This document shows, piece after piece, positions 1 through 10,201 of a stretch of 32,000 nucleotides of DNA. The stretch is from assembly GCA_048938105.1 (NCBI GenBank), contig JBHLMN010000001.1:237374-269373 (forward strand), read 5' to 3'. The stretch comes from Promethearchaeota archaeon (GTDB lineage: Archaea; Asgardarchaeota; Heimdallarchaeia; Hodarchaeales; Hodarchaeaceae). A program made the translations under genes and the position numbers. Under the pieces are notes generated by a model that saw nothing but the letters and a program-made list of their open reading frames with translations, was not told the DNA's origin and searched no databases. Positions within the stretch are counted from its first letter, which is position 1. Each line of letters starts with the position of its first letter.

Positions 1-812
1 CTCAATTGCCATTTCTCTTTTCTTGCATGCCAATATCCTTTCAAGATTTTCATTCCTCCTTTACCTGCTAAGATCACTTTCAGTAAAAGAAGAATGGGAT
101 TATAGCCGAAATGATATGTTAAACGTCCATTTCGATAAAGATCTCTCTTAACTACACGAGTAGTAGGACGACTTGTATAAAAGTAAGTTTCATCTATTTG
201 AGGGGTTTTGAATTTTCGAATTTTTGCTTTTGTGTTTATCCAAGTATCCCAAGTGACGTCAGGAAAGAGAGTTTGATCAATCGTTCTTAATAATGATGTT
301 CGGATAACTTTACCTGTGCCCCGAGCATCTTTTCTGCCCACCTTAGCCCCTATATTTATCTGTTCTTGATACTTTTCTGATGCAATACTAACTATAAGAG
401 CACCTGAAGCACAGGCAATATTTGGATTCAACTCCATCTTTTGAGTAATTATTTCATAATATTTTGGGTCTAGTTTGGCATCAACATCTAAAACTGAGAC
501 ATAATCATAATCACAATCCTTTATCTTTACCCATGCCTTTTTTAATCCTTTTCCCAAGGTATCCAAATCGGGTTCTTCTTTCAAAGGCATGCGTAAAGGT
601 TCTATGTTTAATTCAGAGTATTTAACAGCTAATCTTTTTATTTCTCTCAGAACTTTAGGATTTGGTGACCCATCGTCAATAATTATTATTCGTGTGGGTT
701 TAAGGCTTTGTTCATGTAAAGATTGAACAAGGTCTTCCAGCTCATCATATTCATTATAAACTTGTACAAAGACACATACTGTTTTTACATTAGTGGCTGT
801 TATTATCTTCAC
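1..812 (-). CDS. Family 2 glycosyltransferase, incomplete at the left window edge
   Basis: Manual reverse-strand translation from GTG at 812 gives KTVCVFVQVYNEYDELEDLVQSLHEQGLKPTRIIIIDDGSPNP...DYDYVSVLDVDAKLDPKYYE. This has the GT-A nucleotide-binding strand, DDGS and a DxD-like DVDA. The frame stays open to the window edge and overlaps the stop of the next upstream gene. It is not in the supplied ORF track because it is open-ended. Confidence 0.85.
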   Translation of the reverse strand, partial: MKIITATNVKTVCVFVQVYNEYDELEDLVQSLHEQSLKPTRIIIIDDGSPNPKVLREIKRLAVKYSELNIEPLRMPLKEEPDLDTLGKGLKKAWVKIKDCDYDYVSVLDVDAKLDPKYYEIITQKMELNPNIACASGALIVSIASEKYQEQINIGAKVGRKDARGTGKVIRTSLLRTIDQTLFPDVTWDTWINTKAKIRKFKTPQIDETYFYTSRPTTRVVKRDLYRNGRLTYHFGYNPILLLLKVILAGKGGMKILKGYWHARKEKWQL

Positions 813-1809
813 CTTTCGGGAATATCAGATTTTTTTGTTCATTCTTTAGTGTTTTAATGTTCCAGAAAAGAAAAACCAATCCAATACCGACTCCAAACCA
901 TAAAGTTGTGAATCGAATTAATAAGGTTAATGCTACTGATAAGGTGTACTCAATTTCTAATAAATCTATTACAAAGAATTCTAAACCCCCCTCCATTAAT
1001 CCTAATCCTCCAGGTAGAAAGGATATCGCCCCTAGGATGGATGAAGTAGCATAGATAAATGTAGCCATTTGAAAACTCATAGAAATATTCAGGCTTTGAG
1101 CTATTAACATAAATGCTAAGCACTCACATGACCATCCAATAATACCTAAGATTGTTGCTACCAAAAAAGTCGTATAATGTAAAGTCATCAATACATCTGT
1201 TCGAAATTGATCAATATTCTTGCCAATAAAATCCCAAGGACCAATGCGAAATATCACCGAAAAAACATGATAGAGGGGATCAAACAAAAAAACAACAACA
1301 CTAAACATTACAACCAATAATATCACTAGGATGATTGGTAAATATGCTGATTCAAGCCCTAAGACCAAGATTCCAATTATTGATAATAATGTGACTGCTA
1401 ATAAATCAATTAATCTTTCTGAAAATGTTGAAGCAAGCCCTTTAGAAAGCTCAATATTGTTACTTTTTCTTAAAAGGAACGCTCTTATCGCTTCACCAGC
1501 TTTCGCTGGAGTTATTGCCAAGGAAAGTCCTGCAAAAAACACTTTGAAGTTATACCAGAAAGGAATAGTCAGATTGAGGCTTCTGGTAAATAGATTCCAC
1601 TTTAAAAATCGAAAAAGATAATTAACAAAACTCAATCCTAATGCAATTAGAATAATTGATATAGGTATAAAAGTCAAGTAATTCAACAACTGTTCCCAAT
1701 TACTTACTAAAATTAGAATCAAATAAACTAAAATGCCTAAAATTAGCCCGAAAGAAAAGTTTTTAAAGTTCAATGCTTTCCTTAACTGTATTTCATTCAC
1801 TGACCTCAC
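790..1809 (-). CDS. UPF0104 / lysylphosphatidylglycerol-synthase-TM-like integral membrane protein (flippase-like, AglD-type family)
   Basis: 339 aa with many hydrophobic helices. Family-like motifs include ITPAKAGEAIRAFLLRK, STFSERLIDL and SFLPGGLGLMEGG. Confidence 0.8.
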   Translation of the reverse strand: MRSVNEIQLRKALNFKNFSFGLILGILVYLILILVSNWEQLLNYLTFIPISIILIALGLSFVNYLFRFLKWNLFTRSLNLTIPFWYNFKVFFAGLSLAITPAKAGEAIRAFLLRKSNNIELSKGLASTFSERLIDLLAVTLLSIIGILVLGLESAYLPIILVILLVVMFSVVVFLFDPLYHVFSVIFRIGPWDFIGKNIDQFRTDVLMTLHYTTFLVATILGIIGWSCECLAFMLIAQSLNISMSFQMATFIYATSSILGAISFLPGGLGLMEGGLEFFVIDLLEIEYTLSVALTLLIRFTTLWFGVGIGLVFLFWNIKTLKNEQKNLIFPKGEDNNSH

Positions 1810-1858
1810 TAATTCCAGCTCACAGACTTTTTTACCTAAAAGAGAAAGATTTCCGCAA

Positions 1859-2920
1859 TTAATAGACCAATAACTTGTTTAAACGTGGATGATGTGCGAG
1901 TTCTTCTATCACTTGTTTTACATTTCGGGCTTTATGTTTGTGACAAACGAATACACAATCATCGGTATCGATAACTACTAAATTTGAAATTCCTAACGCT
2001 ATTACTGGTTTTTCTCCGAGAATCACACATTTCTTCACATCTATTCCCAGAAAATCTCCTTGAATAATGTTTCCATCGGAATCTGATTCTAAGATGCAGT
2101 CTAAAGAATCCCATGTACCTATATCGTCCCATGGAAAATCTCCTCTCACAACTACTAAATCGGATGTTTTCTCCATAACACCATAATCAATAGAGACTTT
2201 TGGAAGGGATAGAAACACGTTGTACGCTTCCTTTTCATTAAATTCTGACTTCCGTATTTTTTCTAAGGCTTGATAAAGAGTCGGCATATATTCACGAATT
2301 TTTTCATATAGCACAGAAGGTTTAACAATAAACATACCAGAATTCCATAAATACCCCTGTTTAATATATTCTTGGGCTTTAATTTCATCTGGTTTTTCCT
2401 TGAAGCTCTCAACGTTATAAACTGGAATAGGAGTTTGAACAATCTCTTTTCCAGGACTGATGTATCCAAAACGAGTTTCATTACGACTTGGTTTTATTCC
2501 AATCGTTGAAATTTTTCCTTTTTTAGCTAATTGAACCGCGGTTTTTACAACTTCTTTGAAGTGGCTTATATCTGGTAAATGATAATCCGCTCCCATAAAT
2601 AAAATTGCTTCATCTTTATTTTCGTGAAGAAATTGAGCGCAAACATAACCCATACCTGCTGCAGAATCACGACCCATTGGTTCTACTATCATTCTTACTT
2701 GTGGTAGTTGTTCTTGGATAATTGGTAAAAATTCTCTTCGTATAGACACTGATGTGTTCTTCTCTCCGGCAATTTGACAAGCAATCTTGAAAGTTCGTTG
2801 AATCAAAGATTCTTTTCCATCAAGAGAGATGAATTGTTTAGGTTTATTCTTACGTGATTTTGGCCATAACCGCTCTCCTCCTCCCCCAGCTAAAATTACT
2901 ATATAAACCACTGGTTTCAC
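1859..2920 (-). CDS. manC: Mannose-1-phosphate guanylyltransferase
   Basis: N-terminal pyrophosphorylase signature VILAGGGGERLWPKSRKNKPKQF, plus FMGADYHLPD, GTWDSLD and the LWNSGMF motif. Confidence 0.9.
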   Translation of the reverse strand: MKPVVYIVILAGGGGERLWPKSRKNKPKQFISLDGKESLIQRTFKIACQIAGEKNTSVSIRREFLPIIQEQLPQVRMIVEPMGRDSAAGMGYVCAQFLHENKDEAILFMGADYHLPDISHFKEVVKTAVQLAKKGKISTIGIKPSRNETRFGYISPGKEIVQTPIPVYNVESFKEKPDEIKAQEYIKQGYLWNSGMFIVKPSVLYEKIREYMPTLYQALEKIRKSEFNEKEAYNVFLSLPKVSIDYGVMEKTSDLVVVRGDFPWDDIGTWDSLDCILESDSDGNIIQGDFLGIDVKKCVILGEKPVIALGISNLVVIDTDDCVFVCHKHKARNVKQVIEELAHHPRLNKLLVY

Positions 2921-3034
2921 CTTATTCTTACAGAAATGTCAGATATTTTCCTTTCTTTTTTTAAAATTGCCATTGAATTCATTGAGAGCTAATCAATATT
3001 TTGATCACTCCAATTTTACTCCTCAAGCTAATTT

Positions 3035-3409
3035 TCAAAGAATATGAAGATTTACTAGTCGGATCAGCTCTTTAGAACTAAAAGGTTTAGTGATATATTC
3101 AACAGCTCCAGCTTGTAGTCCTAATTCTATATCATGACTTAGAACCTTGGCAGAAAAAATGATAATTGGAATATGTTTGTATTTTTCATCCTTCTTCAGA
3201 TGGTGACATACATCAAGTCCAGATAATCCGCCAGGCATTTTAATGTCTAATAATATTAAATTAGGCATCTTCTGAACTTCTTTAAGGGCTTCTTTTCCAT
3301 TTGATGCTTCCCAAATTTCGAATCCTTCATATTCTAAAATTGTACGGAGTAGCCCGAGTGTATCGACTTCATCATCGACGACTAAAATGCTCTTTTTTCC
3401 GCTAGGCAT
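3035..3409 (-). CDS. Stand-alone response-regulator receiver domain protein
   Basis: SILVVDDEVDTLGLL...LILLDIKMPGG...IPIIIFSAK...AVEYITKPFSSKEL: paired acidic residues, phospho-Asp and conserved Lys are present. No output domain. The start is reassigned from 3514 to the internal ATG at 3409 (MPSGKKSILVV). Confidence 0.85.
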   Translation of the reverse strand: MPSGKKSILVVDDEVDTLGLLRTILEYEGFEIWEASNGKEALKEVQKMPNLILLDIKMPGGLSGLDVCHHLKKDEKYKHIPIIIFSAKVLSHDIELGLQAGAVEYITKPFSSKELIRLVNLHIL

Positions 3410-3832
3410 TGTTAAAAACCGAATTGAGTATTTTTTTCGGAAACACGAGTAAATATAATTCACTTTTAAAAAGGGTATATACATAATATCAAAGCTTAGG
3501 AATCTCAAACTCAACTAAGAGGAGGTGTTTGAAGAGATTATTTCACTCTTGCATCGTTATTCTATTAAGCTTTATAGAAAATAGCGAATTAAAACCTTGA
3601 AATTGAACTCAGTTCAACTCCTAGCTGACAGAGCTGAAGAAATAGTACCTATGGATTAAAAAAAACAGGAATGACCTGAATAGTTTTCTTTTAAAAGGTT
3701 GATTTCTTAGATGGTTATAAAAAAGTGTCTGATTTTTTCTTGATCAATAGTTACTCCTCAGGAAAAACCTAGCTATTCTGAAAGTCATCAAAAGGGATAT
3801 TACTTGACTAAAAAAGATGTTGTGTAGATATG

Positions 3833-4993
3833 TTAACAGAGAAGATTATATAATGTCCCACGTTCACATGAAGTTCTTTGAAGTTGATGAATACTCATCT
3901 GAAATTTTTCAGGAGTAGCAAGCTGTCCAAATACTCCACCAGCAGAACGAGTGATATTTTCCTCAAATAATGTTCCGCCAAAATCATTACAACCAGTTGT
4001 TAATGTGATTTGAGCCATTGGAAACCCTAATTTTACCCAAGACGTTTGAATGTTCTTAAATAAATCTCCTAAATACAATCTGGAGACAGCATAGAATTTT
4101 ATATAGTCCAAACTACTTAATTCATGAAAAGAATGAGTCTGCTTTAATTGTGTATTTTCCGCAATGAATGGGAGAGGAATGAATTCTGTAAAACCATTGG
4201 TTTTTTCCTGTATCATTCGTAATATTGAGAGATGACGAACCCAATGATGATAATTTTCAATATGACCAAAAAGAATTGTGGCTGTTGTAGGAATCCCCAG
4301 CTGATGAGATAATTCTATAGTATGAATCCATTCAGAACTACTCAATTTATGAGGACATATGATTTTTCGAATATTATCATCTAGAATCTCGGCTGCTGTT
4401 CCAGGTACGGATCCTAGTCCCTGTTTTTTGAATTCCAGCAAAACATCTTCAACATCTTCTTCTATAGAATTAGCTGCATGAGTAATTTCTTGAGGAGAAA
4501 ACGCATGAATATGAAGAGTAGGATCAATCTCTTTCAGATTCTGAAGGATTTCAATGTATGCATTAAAATTCACTGCAGGATGAATCCCTCCTTGAACACA
4601 GACCTCTGTTATGTGATAAGGATAGGTCTCCTCAATTTTTTTTCTGAGGCCCTCCATTGAAATATCGAAATATCCATCTTTTGAATTAGGAGGTACAGAA
4701 TATGCACAAAACAAACAGTTATTTGAACATACATTAGTAAAGTTAATATTACGGTTAACAACATATGTTACTATAGATCCTACCTGACGTTCCCTTATTA
4801 TGTCAGCTACCTGACCTAAAAGATGAATTTCATGTCCCTGTGCTGAAAGTAAAATGTATAATTGTTCAACTGTAGGAATCTCATCGTTAAGTATTTGTTT
4901 CAATACATTACGGAGTTCTCTTCTAGCTTTTCTTAGATCAAGCTCCTCCTGATCAGCTAGTTTCGCCGTTTTACTTAACCATCCTTGTCTCAA
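3833..4993 (-). CDS. cofH: FO synthase subunit 2 (5-amino-6-(D-ribitylamino)uracil--L-tyrosine 4-hydroxyphenyl transferase)
   Basis: Radical SAM motif CSNNCLFCAY. CofH-like PNSKDGYFDISMEGL, EVCVQGGIHP, HIHAFSPQEI and GLGSVPGTAAEIL. Confidence 0.92.
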   Translation of the reverse strand: MRQGWLSKTAKLADQEELDLRKARRELRNVLKQILNDEIPTVEQLYILLSAQGHEIHLLGQVADIIRERQVGSIVTYVVNRNINFTNVCSNNCLFCAYSVPPNSKDGYFDISMEGLRKKIEETYPYHITEVCVQGGIHPAVNFNAYIEILQNLKEIDPTLHIHAFSPQEITHAANSIEEDVEDVLLEFKKQGLGSVPGTAAEILDDNIRKIICPHKLSSSEWIHTIELSHQLGIPTTATILFGHIENYHHWVRHLSILRMIQEKTNGFTEFIPLPFIAENTQLKQTHSFHELSSLDYIKFYAVSRLYLGDLFKNIQTSWVKLGFPMAQITLTTGCNDFGGTLFEENITRSAGGVFGQLATPEKFQMSIHQLQRTSCERGTLYNLLC

Positions 4994-6119
4994 GTTTCTT
5001 AACAGAAGCTATCTTATATACTTGCGGTGAGAGCCACTCTAAATTAATGTAGCGAGGGTATACTGGAAGTCTCTCCTGCAATTGATACCCACCTTTTCGT
5101 GTAATCCGCTCTAGTTGAAAAAACGAAGGCCAATTATGATCTGGATTTATGAAATCAACAGACATAGAAGAAATTCCTCCCCAATCAGACATTCCTGATC
5201 CTATAAAACGATGTTCATGACTTTTCACAAGATTTGGGGGGATTTGAATCGAAATTTCTGACGGGAGGATATGACGTGCAATGATGAGGATTTTTTCCAT
5301 CAAATCTATTGATGGGGGAGGAAAGTTCGCCATAACACTATCTTTATGAGGTTGAAAATTCTGAATAATCACTTCCTGAAGGTGTCGATACTTCTGATGA
5401 ACCTTTTTCAAAGCAAATAAACTTCTTATTATTTCTTCTTGAGTTTCACCAATTCCAATTAAAATCCCACTTGTAAATGGGATTTTCAGTTTTCCTGCAT
5501 TTTTAATGGTTGACATCCTTTTTTTGGGGTGTTTATCAGGAGAATGTTCATGGGGGAAACCCCTATGTGTCAATCTTGAACTTATTGTTTCAAGCATCAG
5601 CCCTATACTGGCTGATACCTCATGTAAATATCTAAGTTCATCAAAAGCCAATGTTCCACTATTTATATGGGGTAATAACTCGTATTTCAAAGCTTTTTCA
5701 GCGATGAAGTAGGTATATTCTACTGTTGTATCAAATCCATGATTAGACAGCCATTTCCTTGCAGAAAAATATTTTTTCTCAGGTTTATCTCCATTTGTAA
5801 TGAGTACTTCGGACACCTTATGATCTCTAGCAGCGGATAGAATCTTCTCTATCTTTTCTAATGTTAAGAATTCTTGGCCTAGAGGAACCTTAGAGCGACG
5901 AAATCCACAATAATGACATGTATTCCGACAAAGAAACGTCAAAGGAATGAAGACATTATTCGAGAATGTAATTTTGTTTTGATAAACACTTGAAGCAATA
6001 GATCTTGCAGATTGTTTCCAAAGATTTATTTCATCTGGATTATTTTGATGTAAAAATTCTAGTGCATGGTCAATAGTTATTGATTCAGGAGGACTAAGTG
6101 AGGAAGAATTGTGTACCAA
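4971..6119 (-). CDS. cofG: FO synthase subunit 1 (7,8-didemethyl-8-hydroxy-5-deazariboflavin synthase)
   Basis: Radical SAM motif CRNTCHYCGF. VLITNGDKPE, GLMLETIS and FTSGILIGIGET match CofG. Overlaps the cofH start by 23 nt. Confidence 0.92.
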   Translation of the reverse strand: MVHNSSSLSPPESITIDHALEFLHQNNPDEINLWKQSARSIASSVYQNKITFSNNVFIPLTFLCRNTCHYCGFRRSKVPLGQEFLTLEKIEKILSAARDHKVSEVLITNGDKPEKKYFSARKWLSNHGFDTTVEYTYFIAEKALKYELLPHINSGTLAFDELRYLHEVSASIGLMLETISSRLTHRGFPHEHSPDKHPKKRMSTIKNAGKLKIPFTSGILIGIGETQEEIIRSLFALKKVHQKYRHLQEVIIQNFQPHKDSVMANFPPPSIDLMEKILIIARHILPSEISIQIPPNLVKSHEHRFIGSGMSDWGGISSMSVDFINPDHNWPSFFQLERITRKGGYQLQERLPVYPRYINLEWLSPQVYKIASVKKLETRMVK

Positions 6120-6271
6120 AACAATGCCTCTACTTGTTAAGATGAAATTGGGCTATTAAAACAGATATACTAATTTTATTTCAATTTTATTGTTTTAATT
6201 TACTACATTCAAATATTGCTTCAATTACATAGACGAATTTACTCTCATTTACATTGTGGGAATCATCATTC

Positions 6272-6874
6272 TCATTTGAGTCTGTCAAAAATGTAGATAC
6301 CAGCAGAAATCAGTCCTTTTCTATGAAAAATAGGAGCTCCAAAAATAGGATAGTTGATTGTGAACACTTTACATGAATATTTCAATCCCTTGAATATACA
6401 TATTTCAGATGGGTAGAATTCATAGTAATGACCTTGAAAAATGAAATTATCAACCCCACGTAACATTCGACGAAGAAAATTAAAAATTGGACGAATAAAA
6501 CGATTTTTCGTTGTTGGTACAATAATGATAACCCGACGGTTTGCTGTTCTTAACATATCCTTAATAACTGCTGAATAATTTTTGATATGTTCAATGACAT
6601 CAAAAGATACAACATATTCAATTGATTGATCTGCAAACGGAATATGCGATGCACTAGCTTTGATTGCATTCTTTCGTCGCCCAGGATGGATATCAATTCC
6701 AATTACTTCTTTATATTTCTGCTTTAAACGATTATGGCAATAAAGGTGACCTGTAACATCAATATCTCCGCAGCCGACATCTAATACACGGCCTGATCCT
6801 TTAGGAATAAGCTGTTCAACAATATCCATTTTATTCATGCAATATCGGAGATAAATATCAGGAATATAACTCAC
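6272..6874 (-). CDS. Class I SAM-dependent methyltransferase
   Basis: Motif I VLDVGCGDIDVTG, motif II VIGIDIHPGR, and post-I region SIEYVVSFDVIEHI. Confidence 0.85.
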   Translation of the reverse strand: MSYIPDIYLRYCMNKMDIVEQLIPKGSGRVLDVGCGDIDVTGHLYCHNRLKQKYKEVIGIDIHPGRRKNAIKASASHIPFADQSIEYVVSFDVIEHIKNYSAVIKDMLRTANRRVIIIVPTTKNRFIRPIFNFLRRMLRGVDNFIFQGHYYEFYPSEICIFKGLKYSCKVFTINYPIFGAPIFHRKGLISAGIYIFDRLK

Positions 6875-7146
6875 CTTTTTTAGATTCAGTATAGGATTAT
6901 TACGAACAAACAGAGTTTAATAATTGTCGGATTTAGTTCATAAAGAAGAAGTCTAATTGAGATATTGTCTGATTTAAGCCTCTGAAAAGTAATAAAGTCA
7001 TCGTCATTGAAGTTTATTGCAGTTTAAAGATGATGATAAAAAAAGTTATTTGTAAAGGGACATTGAAATTTCTATCAAATGATTACCACAAACAGCGGTA
7101 GTTATAATTGATATAGTCTCAATATAATTAAAAGAAGGAGGTAATC

Positions 7147-8478
7147 ATGTCCCTACCAGACTGGTTCATTTTACAATCTCCGCCTGACCTCGATATTGAT
7201 GTCAATCAGTGGAAGCAATTAGCATGGGATCGAGTCAAACTTCTCGAACAATTACCCCAAAATCCTTCGCAAATTATGCGAGATCGTTTCCCAATATATG
7301 ATGATGCATTGAACCAGATATACAATGATTACCGTTTAGGGGCATATTTACTTCGGTTAGTAGCTGCCACTAATCGCCGTTTAGAAGCATGGTTTATAGA
7401 GGCAGAGGGAGATTTATTTGAACGATTATATTTTGATCGGACATCGTCGGAAGACAAACGAGCCATTTTCAAGTATTTATTCGGTTCAGAGAATGTTATG
7501 GAATATGAAGAGTATAAGTACAAAATGGATGAAAAACGAAATGAAAATTTAGCAGAGCTATATAATCAATATCATTCATCCCGAGGAAGAACAACAAGTG
7601 ACTTCTTAATATGTGTTCATTTTTCACAGATCCCGTGGATGGTTTCGAATCGTAGAGGTTATCTTCGTAAGGGATGGGTCATCTCAAACGAGGTTTCTTA
7701 TCGGGGAAGCCTTAAAAAAGCCTTTGAAAAAAAGCTTCAAAATAAAATTGAAGAAGCTCAAGATTTACTAGGAGTCAACGAGAATATAGACCAAATAGTT
7801 CAGGAAATTGAGCAAAAACTAGCTAAACATACCCAAATTCGTTCACAATTTTCCTCTACTGAATTTGAAGGTAAAGATTTACAATCACATCCAGAAGTTT
7901 TCCCCCCGTGTATGATATTCTTATACTCTGAATTCGAGAAAACTGGTCGTTTGATACATACCCATCGGCTTCAATTAGGTTTTTTTCTGAAGAAAATAGG
8001 AATGTCTGTTGATGATCAATTGCATTACTGGTTTGAAAAGTCTGTAGACAACCTGAATATAAGTTATGCGGAATTTCAACGAACAGCAGGATACCAAATA
8101 CGTCATTTGTATGGACTGGAAGGTGGAAAAAAAGATTATGATGTTCCAAAGTGTTCTACCATAGCCACCAGTTACTTCTGTCCATTTGTTCACTTAGATC
8201 CAGGAATATTAATAGAATTTCTTAGTAATAATTATCTAACACATAAGAAATCAGTAGCTCCTTCGAAAAAACAATTAGAAAAGATCGTTTCTACTAGTAG
8301 TCGTGACCCAACCTTAGCCTGCAAAGACTACTTTCCTTTTATTTATAAAAAAAGCTTGTATAGGAAAATCGTTCATCCGTTACAATGGGCTAGGTATGCC
8401 AGTAAATTTGAAGGATTAATAGTAGAACAGGATGAAACTAATTCTTCAATGATAATTGAGGCGGAAACAGATCAGTGA
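7147..8478 (+). CDS. priL: DNA primase large subunit
   Basis: ATG preceded by GAAGGAGG. The sequence matches the PriL family in layout, with a C-terminal domain carrying Fe-S cysteines (FPPCMIFLY..., KCSTIATSYFCPFVH, LACKDYFPF). Adjacent and coupled to priS. Confidence 0.88.
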   Translation: MSLPDWFILQSPPDLDIDVNQWKQLAWDRVKLLEQLPQNPSQIMRDRFPIYDDALNQIYNDYRLGAYLLRLVAATNRRLEAWFIEAEGDLFERLYFDRTSSEDKRAIFKYLFGSENVMEYEEYKYKMDEKRNENLAELYNQYHSSRGRTTSDFLICVHFSQIPWMVSNRRGYLRKGWVISNEVSYRGSLKKAFEKKLQNKIEEAQDLLGVNENIDQIVQEIEQKLAKHTQIRSQFSSTEFEGKDLQSHPEVFPPCMIFLYSEFEKTGRLIHTHRLQLGFFLKKIGMSVDDQLHYWFEKSVDNLNISYAEFQRTAGYQIRHLYGLEGGKKDYDVPKCSTIATSYFCPFVHLDPGILIEFLSNNYLTHKKSVAPSKKQLEKIVSTSSRDPTLACKDYFPFIYKKSLYRKIVHPLQWARYASKFEGLIVEQDETNSSMIIEAETDQ

Positions 8479-9458
8479 ATCGAACTAATCAAAGAACCAC
8501 CCTTCGGGATTATTATTCTACAAATTTCAACATAGATGGGCTTGCATCGATTATTGACTTCTCAACTTTTTCAACCCGTGAATTCGGTTTCGCTACTCTT
8601 GGAGGGAAGTTTTTTCGAAACATTTCATTTGAAAATCCTAAAGCATTGATTGACTTCTTGGTGGATCGAACGCCATATCATGCTTACGTTGGAGCTGTGT
8701 ATAATGATCCACCTTCTCGGGAAACGCCTATTCATACCCTAGAATGGCTAGGGCATGAACTTGTCTTTGATATCGACCTGAATGAATATGATGCTGTACG
8801 TCAATATGTTTGTGAATGTCAAGGTGCTGATCAGGTGTGTTTGCGTTGTTGGCAATTAATAAATCTCGCAGTCTATATTATTGATGAAACATTACGACTG
8901 GATTTCGGGATGAAAGACATTAAATGGATTTTTTCTGGGCGACGGGGAGTACATGGATGGGTTATTGATGATTCAACTTTTTCATTAGATCAAGAACAAC
9001 GAATGTCTATAATAAATTACCTATCAGTTATCCACGGAGAAGCAGAGAAAGCTCGAATTCAGGATCGTACAAAATTACAATATGATTTTCGCTACCGAAT
9101 TGAACACACTGTTTTTAAGTATTTCCTTGAGAATATCAGACGAAAAGACCTCATAGATCTGGGTTTCAGCTCTTCTGTTGCATCCAATATCATAAAGCAA
9201 TTAGAACACCAAAACGGACAGATTGATGAGAATTTATTAAGAAATTTCAATCTTCGGGTTGCAAAAATAAATAAATACGATGAAATCCTACGACGATGGG
9301 TACCACGCATAGATCACAAAGTTTCTATCGATTTACGACGATTACTTCGATTACCCAACTCCATCCACGGGAAAACTGGTAAAGTGGCACGAATTTTAGA
9401 TCCTAGTAAAATATTCTCCTTTAATCCTGATGAGGAACCTTCAATCTTCTCTAGTTAA
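8475..9458 (+). CDS. priS: DNA primase small (catalytic) subunit
   Basis: Catalytic ELVFDIDLNEYD, zinc-motif region CECQGADQVCLRCW, and SGRRGVHGWV. Starts with GTG in a 4-nt GTGA overlap with the priL stop. Confidence 0.93.
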   Translation: MNRTNQRTTLRDYYSTNFNIDGLASIIDFSTFSTREFGFATLGGKFFRNISFENPKALIDFLVDRTPYHAYVGAVYNDPPSRETPIHTLEWLGHELVFDIDLNEYDAVRQYVCECQGADQVCLRCWQLINLAVYIIDETLRLDFGMKDIKWIFSGRRGVHGWVIDDSTFSLDQEQRMSIINYLSVIHGEAEKARIQDRTKLQYDFRYRIEHTVFKYFLENIRRKDLIDLGFSSSVASNIIKQLEHQNGQIDENLLRNFNLRVAKINKYDEILRRWVPRIDHKVSIDLRRLLRLPNSIHGKTGKVARILDPSKIFSFNPDEEPSIFSS

Positions 9459-9488
9459 AGCTTCGTATAAGAACTGCTTGCTATTGAC

Positions 9489-10118
9489 TCAAACAGATTT
9501 TTGGGCTGCAATACCAAGCCATCCTGGAGGATGACAAATTTTTCTGACGCGGAGCTCCTCGTTTTGAAAGAGTAGAATAAAATCTTTGAGAAGGAGGGGA
9601 TTTTCGTAACCAAATATCCATTGTTTTGTCCGTTCTAAATACCATCTATTTAAACGGTACAAAATGTCTGGAGTTGGCACCCAGCAGACTAACCATCCCC
9701 CTGGCCTAACACACTTGGCATGATTATGAAACGCGACTCGTTGAACAGACTTTCTAAAATGTTCGAGCAAACCATGTGAATGTACAAAATCAAATTGCCG
9801 ATTAATTGACAAGTTCAATACATCTTGTTGGATCAATTTCGGAGATATCTTGGCTTCTCTAAAAAGCTTATTTGCAATAGCCAAGGCAAGTTTTGAAGTG
9901 TCAACTAAAGTTGGACTTAGCTTGTATTTTTTAGCAAGACGAAGAGAATTTTGGCCTGAAGAAGATCCTATCTCTAATAAGGTTCCTTGAGGTATTTTCA
10001 ATCCATGTAACAAATAGAGATAATTTCGCCACACAGTGAAGAAATAATGAGCTCGTATGATAGCAGATGATGTATTTTTAGCATAAGAATCCCAATCTGC
10101 AGAAGTAAGTGGCATCAT
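9489..10118 (-). CDS. Class I SAM-dependent methyltransferase
   Basis: LLEIGSSSGQNSLRLAKKY, PTLVDTSKLAL, FDFVHSHGLLEHF and VRPGGWLVCWVPTP. Confidence 0.8.
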   Translation of the reverse strand: MMPLTSADWDSYAKNTSSAIIRAHYFFTVWRNYLYLLHGLKIPQGTLLEIGSSSGQNSLRLAKKYKLSPTLVDTSKLALAIANKLFREAKISPKLIQQDVLNLSINRQFDFVHSHGLLEHFRKSVQRVAFHNHAKCVRPGGWLVCWVPTPDILYRLNRWYLERTKQWIFGYENPLLLKDFILLFQNEELRVRKICHPPGWLGIAAQKSV

Positions 10119-10201
10119 TATTTCACTTTAATGATAGAAAGTATTAGTAATTGAGAATAATGTTCAAGTCAAATACTAGGTTATCGCTCCTGTTCAAAAT
10201 G

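Noticed and set aside
2263-2481. 72-aa minus-strand ORF in another frame
   Set aside because: Fully contained within the manC coding region; frame-shifted by-product.
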